Shown here piece by piece: positions 51,309 through 58,555 of a DNA stretch of 64,000 nt. Numbering within the stretch: position 1 is the first letter of the stretch; each line of letters opens with the position of its first letter. A model generated the notes under the pieces. The model ran no database searches. It was not told where the DNA came from and saw only the letters and a program-made list of their open reading frames with translations. A program made the translations under genes and the position numbers. Origin of the DNA: a bacterium (GTDB taxonomy: Bacteria > UBA10199 > 2-02-FULL-44-16 > JAAZCA01); assembly GCA_963674695.2 (NCBI GenBank), contig CAXXGI010000002.1, forward strand, positions 608,001-672,000, in the 5' to 3' direction.

Positions 51309-51398
51309 TGGCGGAGGGAGTGGGATTCGAACCCACGGTACCCGTTAAGGTACACACGCTTTCCAGGCGTGCCAGATAAGCCGCTCCTGCATCCCTCC
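51309..51398 (-). tRNA. tRNA-Ser(GGA)
   Basis: GGAGGGA acceptor stem, CACGC-CTGGAAA-GCGTG anticodon arm, long variable arm, GGTTCGAATCC, encoded CCA. Confidence 0.95.
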
Positions 51399-51424
51399 GA
51401 GAAACTTTTTTTGTAGGCATTCAG

Positions 51425-51513
51425 CGGAGAGGGTGGGATTCGAACCCACGGACCTCCTTGCGAAGGTCAACGGTTTTCGAGACCGCCCCGTTCAACCACT
51501 CCGGCACCTCTCC
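51425..51513 (-). tRNA. tRNA-Ser(CGA), CCA not encoded
   Basis: GGAGAGG acceptor stem, GCGGT-CTCGAAA-ACCGT anticodon arm, long variable arm, GGTTCGAATCC. Confidence 0.95.
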
Positions 51514-51693
51514 GCTGAATACCACAACGGCGCCCTTTTTGACGCGATAGGGGCCGGATATACACCATAGGGGTTTCGCGAGCGCAACAGGAAAAAGCCC
51601 TGGTGCCGGGGGGCGGAAAAGAGGCAACATCATGAAATCCCGTTTGATTCGGGCCTTTCATTTCCGTATACTCTATCCCATAAGGGGGGGCGT

Positions 51694-51852
51694 ATGAAAA
51701 AACTGATCCTGATCATCCTCATCTTAATGGGGCTGTTATATCTTTTCAGCCAACGTTATACTATTCAGTCTGGTCGATCTCGTCTGGGCACCTTTAATCT
51801 CGTCCTGGTCGACAAGAAGAGCGGCGAGGCGGTTCGCGTGATGGGCGATTGA
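51694..51852 (+). CDS. Small membrane-anchored protein (52 aa, absent from the ORF track)
   Basis: MKKLILIILILMGLLYLFSQRY...VLVDKKSGEAVRVMGD; AAGGGGG RBS; TTGATT-N17-TATACT at 51644-51672. Confidence 0.65.
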   Translation: MKKLILIILILMGLLYLFSQRYTIQSGRSRLGTFNLVLVDKKSGEAVRVMGD

Positions 51853-51861
51853 TCTCAGGCC

Positions 51862-52275
51862 ATGCCGATTTCCTTGGAAAAACAGCGACAGCTGAAGATA
51901 TGGCTCGCGCGCCTGGGCGTGCGCGAGCGTGATCTCGAAGAGCAGTTCATTCGTTCCAGCGGTGCCGGCGGCCAGAACGTCAATAAGGTCGCCACCTGTG
52001 TTCGGCTCAAGCATATCCCCACCGGAATCGAAGTGAAGTGTCAGCAGACGCGCATGCAGGTGCTCAACCGCTACTATGCGCGTGCGACCCTCGCCGAGAA
52101 ACTCGAACGTATTCAGTTGGGAAAGAAGAGTGCGGCCGAGCAGAAACGCTGGAAGGTGCGCAAGCAGAAGGCGCGACGCTCGAAGAAGGCCAAGGAAAAG
52201 GTCCTAGAATCAAAACGCCGACAATCCGAAAAAAAACGTTCCCGCAAGAGACCCTCCTCATCGGATGATGCCTAG
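51862..52275 (+). CDS. GGQ peptidyl-tRNA hydrolase, ArfB/release-factor-like
   Basis: [21 protein letters not shown], basic C-terminal tail. Confidence 0.88.
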   Translation: MPISLEKQRQLKIWLARLGVRERDLEEQFIRSSGAGGQNVNKVATCVRLKHIPTGIEVKCQQTRMQVLNRYYARATLAEKLERIQLGKKSAAEQKRWKVRKQKARRSKKAKEKVLESKRRQSEKKRSRKRPSSSDDA

Positions 52276-52283
52276 AGGAATCT

Positions 52284-54983
52284 TTACGGCATCAATGCGG
52301 CCGCGCCCAGGCCCGGGGCGAACATCTCCGGTGATACGCCGACGGCGGTTTCGGTGCCGATCTCCATGCCCATCATCGGGTCGAGCATCGGATCGGTCGG
52401 CATCATCGCCGCATCGTAATCCTCATTCACCATGAAGACCGCGCCCTGATCGATGGCTTCATGCGTTGGGATCACGAGCGGCTCTCCCCCGACCATCGTG
52501 ACGATACCGCCGGCGGTTGCATCGAGCGCATCGAAGGCCTGGCTCTGCATGCCGCCCGTTGGATCGGAAACGGGGGTGTTTCCATTCGAGGAAACGGGGG
52601 TTCCACCGCTCGATTCGGAGCCATCGGGATTATTGAGCTTGAGCGTTTCATCCGGAAGGGAGAGTGCGAAGGTGCTGCCCTTTCCGAAGGTCGATTTGAG
52701 CTCGATCTGCCATCCCTGTTCCTGCGTGAGGTGGGCGACGTTATAGAGACCCAGACCATCGCCGCGCACATTCTTTTTGCGTCGTTCGCGGAAATTGGGT
52801 TGGAAGACATCGCCCGTTTTGATGATGCCGATGCCGTTGTCTTCGACGGTGATCTGATACGCGCGGTCGGTGCGAGCGATATCGACGGAGACGAAGAGCG
52901 CTCCCTTTTCGGCGTTATCGGTGTCGGCATATTTGATGGCATTGGCGATGAGCTCATAGACGATGCGCAGCAGCGCATACTGTTTCTCCTGCGGAATGAC
53001 GATTTCCCCGATCCCGTCGATGTTCACGCGCAGATCGATATTCGATTCGGCGGCGTTCGCATTGGACAGCCGCGTTGCCAGCTCGACGTTCGAGGCGAGA
53101 AGGCGTGGGTCGAGGTTGCGCAGCTTGTTGAGCTCCGTTTTCCATTTTTCGATCGGCGTGCCGCGGGTGGCGACCTCGAGGTATCCGAGAAATGCGCTCA
53201 GGATGTTTTGGATGTCGTGGCCGAATCCGCGCGATTCGTTGATGATCTCTTCCCATGCCTGCAGATTTTCACGGTAACTCTCCGGGATCGATTGATGATG
53301 GGGGACGTTGGGTCTTTCTGAAGCGGACATCGCATCGAGTGCAGCGATCTCTTCGTCCGTCGGCGGGAAGAGACGATTGACCGATGTGGTGATGCTGGAG
53401 GAAACGCTCTGACGGATGGTGCTGAGGGCTGCGAGCTTCGTGAGATATTGCCGGGTCTGTGCAAAGAGCTCTTCGAGGCGTGCCCTGGCCTGCTCCTTCT
53501 GGCCCTGCTCGATCAGGGATACGATTTTCGGAATGGCGTTGATCGCCGCCGGCATTACCTCTTCGATGAAACGACGTTCAACCCGATCGACCGACGCGCG
53601 ATAGGCTTCCCGTATGCCTTGGTCGCGCAGGACGCGGCCGAAGAGCTGTGCCTGCGCATGGTCGCCGATCGCCGCGCGATCGAGTGTGCGCGCGATGGCC
53701 TCCTGCGTGTATGCATCCTCGAGATTGGCGCTCTTCTGCAGGCGATCGCGGACGATCGTGTCGAGGGCCTCGGGGGAGATGATCTCCTTGAGGCGCGCGA
53801 TGGTATAACCGAATTCAGGATTGAAGGCGCTGCCCAGGTGCTGGGCCAACCGCTCGATCGTTTCGCCGCCGATGCGGGCATCATCGTGCGCCATCAGGTT
53901 TTGCTCTGTTAGCTGAGCGATCGCCACGTCTCGATCTGTCGCAGGCGCAGCGGACATATCGGAGGCCTGGTCATAGACGGTGGTGGAATCGAGCGGATCG
54001 CTGTAGGCGCCGTCTCCCTCTTCCACCGGATAATCATCGTATACGGTGCCATCCGTGTCGGTCGTCGTCTCCGGCAGCGGTGCGGTGTTTTCCGGTAGCG
54101 ATTTGTCCCAGACGCGTATGCCACGCCAGATGCCCTTGACGAAGGACATGATGCGTCCGGACGGTTTCTTCGGATTGCCCTGGGCGTCGATGTTGCTGCG
54201 GGCCAGCTTCCAGGCCATCCGGAAGTTGTTCACGAAACGGCGCAGGACGCCGGTGACATAAAGTCCGAGGACGGTCATGGGGATGCCGAGGATCTTCGCC
54301 CAGAACCAGCCGAGGTCGTCTTTGGTCTTGCGATAGCGCTCGACCACTTCCGTGCAGTCGCGGTTGGTCCGCTTGAGTCCCACGACGTCGTCGACGATGC
54401 AGATCTGTTTGACCGCCTGCCGCAGTTTCGAGAGACGATCCTGGATCTCGGGTTGGAATTTCGGGTCGTTCTTTTCGATCAGCCCCTTGATCGCGTGAAA
54501 CTCGCGTTTGAACATCTTGGCCATCTCCCGAAAGCGCGCATCGAGCTCGGGCATGTGCGTGGTCTTTTCGATGATCCCCACGATTTCGTTTTCCGATGGG
54601 ATGCGGATCTCCGCGATCGGTTTTTCATTGCGCGCGGCGGCACTTAGATCGTCGATCACCGCCGTGAGTTCCTGGATCGATTCCCCGGACAGTTCCTTGC
54701 AATAGCCGGCGCTGTTGGCCAGAATTGCGTCCTCCTTGAACGGACCGCAGAAGAGGTATTGATCGGATTCATATGTGGGGAGGTATTCCAGGTACTGCCC
54801 CGAGAGGCTGAAGAAACGGTCGGTGCGAAAATAGGCGTTCAGATTGATGGGTTTGGGATCGCGCTCGGTATTGCAGGCGGGGTGCTGCCGCCAGTTCCCC
54901 TCTTGGCTCCCGCAGAAATAGGGTTGAATTTCCTGTTGCAGCTTCGATCCGAGCGTTCCCAGGACATGCGACGTGTCACCCAT
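52284..54983 (-). CDS. Large orphan protein with one TM segment and a C-terminal histidine-kinase module
   Basis: H-box GHDIQNIL, ELIANAIKY, EDNGIG, GDGLGL, GKGSTF; AAGGAGG RBS. Confidence 0.8.
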   Translation of the reverse strand: MGDTSHVLGTLGSKLQQEIQPYFCGSQEGNWRQHPACNTERDPKPINLNAYFRTDRFFSLSGQYLEYLPTYESDQYLFCGPFKEDAILANSAGYCKELSGESIQELTAVIDDLSAAARNEKPIAEIRIPSENEIVGIIEKTTHMPELDARFREMAKMFKREFHAIKGLIEKNDPKFQPEIQDRLSKLRQAVKQICIVDDVVGLKRTNRDCTEVVERYRKTKDDLGWFWAKILGIPMTVLGLYVTGVLRRFVNNFRMAWKLARSNIDAQGNPKKPSGRIMSFVKGIWRGIRVWDKSLPENTAPLPETTTDTDGTVYDDYPVEEGDGAYSDPLDSTTVYDQASDMSAAPATDRDVAIAQLTEQNLMAHDDARIGGETIERLAQHLGSAFNPEFGYTIARLKEIISPEALDTIVRDRLQKSANLEDAYTQEAIARTLDRAAIGDHAQAQLFGRVLRDQGIREAYRASVDRVERRFIEEVMPAAINAIPKIVSLIEQGQKEQARARLEELFAQTRQYLTKLAALSTIRQSVSSSITTSVNRLFPPTDEEIAALDAMSASERPNVPHHQSIPESYRENLQAWEEIINESRGFGHDIQNILSAFLGYLEVATRGTPIEKWKTELNKLRNLDPRLLASNVELATRLSNANAAESNIDLRVNIDGIGEIVIPQEKQYALLRIVYELIANAIKYADTDNAEKGALFVSVDIARTDRAYQITVEDNGIGIIKTGDVFQPNFRERRKKNVRGDGLGLYNVAHLTQEQGWQIELKSTFGKGSTFALSLPDETLKLNNPDGSESSGGTPVSSNGNTPVSDPTGGMQSQAFDALDATAGGIVTMVGGEPLVIPTHEAIDQGAVFMVNEDYDAAMMPTDPMLDPMMGMEIGTETAVGVSPEMFAPGLGAAALMP

Positions 54984-55005
54984 AGCGCCTCCTTATGGCA
55001 TATCC

Positions 55006-55032
55006 TTTTCGCGTCTTGGCCCAAAAAGTTGT
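55006..55032 (-). promoter_or_regulatory. Degenerate sigma28-like promoter ACAACTTT-N11-CGCGAAAA
   Basis: -35 box identical to 50551-50558 with the same spacing; -10 box matches 5/8. Confidence 0.45.
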
Positions 55033-55182
55033 GTGATTTCTGAGCCGGGAGGCGGCAATCCCCCTCCGGGCGACATTCACGAGGGAATCGATGAGGAATT
55101 CTTGCTAACCATTTGTAATCTATGGTTTTATTTCGAGCGCCTTCCGGGGCGACCATTTATTTTGGGTTTTTTTGAGACAAAA

Positions 55183-55211
55183 TAAACTTGTCGCCCCTCT
55201 CCAGCCGAAAA
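55183..55211 (+). promoter_or_regulatory. Promoter motif TAAACTTG-N13-GCCGAAAA
   Basis: Same -35 box and spacing as 56571-56599. Confidence 0.6.
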
Positions 55212-55238
55212 CAATGGTGTGGGGATTGGAGGTTTTCA

Positions 55239-56351
55239 ATGAAGCGTTTTCTCTCGATCATGGTCTTCGGCATCGTTGCCATGGGACTCGTCGCCTCCGC
55301 ACAGGCGGGGCGGTGTACGGGATTCGGCGTGATCGAAAAACCGAACTATCTCTATTACAGCATCGGCGTGGACGATGCGGAACCCACGCATTATATTAGC
55401 GGCGAACTCGTCGATGATGCGGGCGAGTCCTGTTCGACCCGTGAGAACGACACAATCTATGTTTTTTTGAGCACGGATTCATCCGGGCTAGATGTTGCTC
55501 TGGTTGAATGTGATCACGATGCGGGAAAAATTCTCTGTGCACACACGGGGCCGATCATGATTGATGGCGAAGAGTATGCATTCGATGATGAGAGCTTGAA
55601 GTATCGTCTGGCCTATTGGCGGCCAGGTGACGCTTGGCTCGATGATCAGGAGTTTGATCTCAGCGACATCGACGTGAATGCAGAGATCGCGCAGGGGCTC
55701 CTCATCCTCTCAGCCGTCACGACGATGCCGTACAAAATCGCGCATGGTCTGGATATCGGTGTCAATCAGTCCTGCATGGAGAAGGATGTGGCCGAGAGGA
55801 GCGGCGATCGCGACTGCGACTTCAGGTTGGACGGCAACGACAACTGTCCGGACGTGGCCAACGCCAGTCAGCACAACATCGACGGCGACACTCTGGGCGA
55901 TGCCTGCGACCCCGACATGGACGGCGACGGAAAACTCAACGACGCCGACAACTGCGTGCGCGTGCCCAATCCCGATCAGGCCGATACGGATGAAGACGGC
56001 ATCGGCGATGCCTGCGAACACGATCGCGACGGCGATGGCGTGGACGACAACGACGACAACTGCAAGAGCATCCCCAACTGGCAGCAGATCGATAGTGACG
56101 GCGACGGCATCGGCGATGCCTGCGACACCGACGAGGCACCGGACATCGGCGACGATGATGACGACGACGACGATGTCCCCGGCGGGAGCATCAACAAGGG
56201 CGTTGGTGGAATCGATCCATCGGGCATCATCCCCCTCGACGAAGCCGGCGGCGGCTGTTCGCTCACCGCGAGCGCCGCGCCCGGCTTCGGCAGCTTCGCC
56301 TGCTTCCTGATGGGCCTTGCAGGCCTCATCGTCCGCCGCCACACACGATAG
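55239..56351 (+). CDS. Secreted thrombospondin type-3 repeat protein with MYXO-CTERM-like anchor
   Basis: Signal peptide ..AQA; repeated DNC...Q.D.DGDG.GDAC; C-terminal GGGCSL-TM-RRHTR. Confidence 0.85.
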   Translation: MKRFLSIMVFGIVAMGLVASAQAGRCTGFGVIEKPNYLYYSIGVDDAEPTHYISGELVDDAGESCSTRENDTIYVFLSTDSSGLDVALVECDHDAGKILCAHTGPIMIDGEEYAFDDESLKYRLAYWRPGDAWLDDQEFDLSDIDVNAEIAQGLLILSAVTTMPYKIAHGLDIGVNQSCMEKDVAERSGDRDCDFRLDGNDNCPDVANASQHNIDGDTLGDACDPDMDGDGKLNDADNCVRVPNPDQADTDEDGIGDACEHDRDGDGVDDNDDNCKSIPNWQQIDSDGDGIGDACDTDEAPDIGDDDDDDDDVPGGSINKGVGGIDPSGIIPLDEAGGGCSLTASAAPGFGSFACFLMGLAGLIVRRHTR

Positions 56352-56427
56352 CCCAAATCCGCATTCGTTCCCTCCCCTTTGTAAGCATGCCCTGAGCGGC
56401 GTCGAAGGGGGGAGGGTGGACCATGCG

Positions 56428-56499
56428 TTGTCATCCCCGCGAACGCGGGGATCTCGATGTTTCGTGACAAGCGAGATTCCCGCGTTCGCGGGAATGACA
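56428..56499. repeat. REP-like palindrome
   Basis: TGTCATCCCCGCGAACGCGGGGATCTCG...CGAGATTCCCGCGTTCGCGGGAATGACA. Confidence 0.85.
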
Positions 56500-56570
56500 A
56501 CCGGAGAAAACGCGGCTTTGAAGTCCCTCCTCCCCGGAGGGACATTTTTTTGTGTTTTTTCAATACAAAC

Positions 56571-56599
56571 TAAACTTGGCGCTATGCGTATGCCGATAA
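56571..56599 (+). promoter_or_regulatory. Promoter motif TAAACTTG-N13-GCCGATAA
   Basis: Perfect sigma28 -10 box, about 35 nt upstream of ATG 56634. Confidence 0.65.
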
Positions 56600-56633
56600 T
56601 AGGAGAGAGAGAACTTCTACAAGGAGCAATCAT

Positions 56634-57986
56634 ATGAAGCGAATCCTCATGATCGGCCTGCTCATCGCCACCGCGCTCATGGTTTGGGTGGGGAGAGCGA
56701 ATGCGCTTTCACAGACAAGCACATACTATACGTTGAGCAATGATATTTGGTGTAACATGAATGCGCAAATGTATCGGCCGAAAGCGGACGATATCACCAT
56801 GCGTTTCTATCAAGGTGAAGAGAATGAAAAGCGCTATTCCGCGGACGTGCAAGTGGATGGTCGATATCATGCGGACAGGAACTATACAGCAATTCAGGGG
56901 ATATATATTTCAGGTTCGGCGTCAAAGGAGGAGTGTGAGGAGTCATCGTCCGGAAGTATTTCAAAGGATTGTTCCTTTCGATTTAATATGTTTCGTCGGG
57001 ATGAAGTGACGATCATTGTTCGTTATGACGGTATCAACCGTAACGTGGGAATAGATTGTGGCTACATGATGGAGCGGACATTTGTTCTTCACGAACCAGA
57101 GACTGATGAGGATGGAGACGCACAGCTTGAACTTCGACCTGTTCAGGGGGTAATGCATACTGTCGCTGCCCTCGAAACCGAAGAGGAAGAGGTCGAAGAA
57201 TTGGCCTTTGAGAGGCTCCCTGGTTATCTCAATCTGAATGCATTTGATGTTGATGAAAACGAGCCGGATGATGGTGTGGAAGTAACCGATCCGGTTGATT
57301 CGGAAGAGGTAGTGCGTATTCCCGAATCAACAACGGAAAACACTGAAGGGCTTGGTGCTGAAGAGGGTGATGACGACGATGATAGCCCCTTTCCTGCGAA
57401 CGGCGGAACTGGTTGTAGCATGACACCGAATGCAAAAAACTCTGTTGGTGTCATTGGCTTGTTCGGCGTATTGGTGTTGGTATTGTTCGTTCGGATGAGT
57501 CGGTGTTCGCGTCGTCACATCCGACAGCTGATTGTGGTAGTTTTGGGGGTAGTCCTTGGTGTTGTTGGCGCTCTTTCTTCAGCACATGCATCCGAAGCTG
57601 TTGTTCGGATGCTCAGCAATGATCCTGCATGTAAACTGATGGCGCTGAAGTCAATTCATCCCCGAGTGGATAAAAATGTGTGGACGTCACCCACGGATCC
57701 GAGCCAAGTGAAGGTGGAAGTGAGTGCAGTGTCTTATGATATTGATTATGTAAAAGATGGATATGAAGATGAAGTAAACATCACGGGTATATACCTTAAC
57801 GGCAACAGTAGGCATGAATGTGAATCAGGTGGGCAGTGTGAGTTTACAGTCAATACGGATATTCATGATGAGGTGACTGTGCTCGTTGGCTATAACTACA
57901 TGGTATGGAAGGATGTGGGGAATCATTCGAGGCAGCTTGAAAAAGCCTGTGGCTATGTGGGTAAGCATCGAATCAAACTTAAATAG
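56634..57986 (+). CDS. Secreted two-module protein with internal CTERM-like anchor and second signal peptide
   Basis: AAGGAG RBS; signal ..ANA; duplicated LSND..GIY..EC..DEVT..CGY domain; central GGTGCSM-TM-RR then a hydrophobic stretch ending AHA. Confidence 0.75.
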   Translation: MKRILMIGLLIATALMVWVGRANALSQTSTYYTLSNDIWCNMNAQMYRPKADDITMRFYQGEENEKRYSADVQVDGRYHADRNYTAIQGIYISGSASKEECEESSSGSISKDCSFRFNMFRRDEVTIIVRYDGINRNVGIDCGYMMERTFVLHEPETDEDGDAQLELRPVQGVMHTVAALETEEEEVEELAFERLPGYLNLNAFDVDENEPDDGVEVTDPVDSEEVVRIPESTTENTEGLGAEEGDDDDDSPFPANGGTGCSMTPNAKNSVGVIGLFGVLVLVLFVRMSRCSRRHIRQLIVVVLGVVLGVVGALSSAHASEAVVRMLSNDPACKLMALKSIHPRVDKNVWTSPTDPSQVKVEVSAVSYDIDYVKDGYEDEVNITGIYLNGNSRHECESGGQCEFTVNTDIHDEVTVLVGYNYMVWKDVGNHSRQLEKACGYVGKHRIKLK

Positions 57987-58079
57987 AACGCACTGTAAGG
58001 AACAATTTGCCAACACCCACGCCCCTCCCTCCCCGGAGGGGCGTTTTTGCATGTAAGGCGAGCAGGACGATCAAGACGA

Positions 58080-58219
58080 CCTCGTTGGGACGGTGTTTGC
58101 AGGGGATCTCTTCTTCCATCGCGATCGAAGCCTGGGATGATGCGATGGAAGAAGAAAAAGCCGTCGAGGCGGCACTTGAGCCGAGACGGCGGTCCCCTGC
58201 AAACACCGTCCCAACGAGG
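58080..58219. repeat. Long branched palindrome with a 27-bp perfect outer stem
   Basis: CCTCGTTGGGACGGTGTTTGCAGGGGA / TCCCCTGCAAACACCGTCCCAACGAGG; inner TTCTTCCATCGC/GCGATGGAAGAA. Confidence 0.8.
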
Positions 58220-58347
58220 GCGCATCATTGCGCTGAAGCAGCGGAGCGAGGCTCTTGGCTCGCCTTCGTTTTTCAGGGTTTTCGCCTTCCCCTTGCCTTT
58301 TTCCTTCGATCCGCATACAAGGCCCCCTCGATTGGAATATGGTCAAT

Positions 58348-58460
58348 CAGGGGCGGTCGGGTCCCATGCGTTTTGGATGCGGCGAACTCCGCCAGGCCCG
58401 GAAGGGAGCAACGGTACCCGATCTTCCGAAAGTGCCGTGGATCAACCTGGCCGTCCCTTG
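58348..58460 (+). ncRNA. ffs: Signal recognition particle RNA (small bacterial type)
   Basis: Helix-8 motif CCAGGCCCGGAAGGGAGCAAC in a long hairpin, directly upstream of dnaX. Confidence 0.9.
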
Positions 58461-58467
58461 TTTTTTT

Positions 58468-58549
58468 TCGTAACTCGTTACTCGTAAATCGTAACTCGTC
58501 GTGTTTTTACGAGTCACGAGTCACGAGTCACGAGTCACGAGTCACGAGA
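58468..58549. repeat. Heptamer repeats (TAACTCG-type) and inverted (GAGTCAC)x5
   Basis: Directly visible tandem units; similar block at 60776-60855. Confidence 0.85.
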
Positions 58550-58555
58550 CCACGA

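Noticed and set aside
48881-57986. Prophage or integrative element at tRNA-Ser
   Set aside because: No integrase, phage or conjugation genes, and no distal direct att repeat was found.
58007-58555. N-terminal extension of DnaX in the ORF track
   Set aside because: It spans a palindrome, the SRP RNA and heptamer repeats; conserved DnaX begins at ATG 58556.
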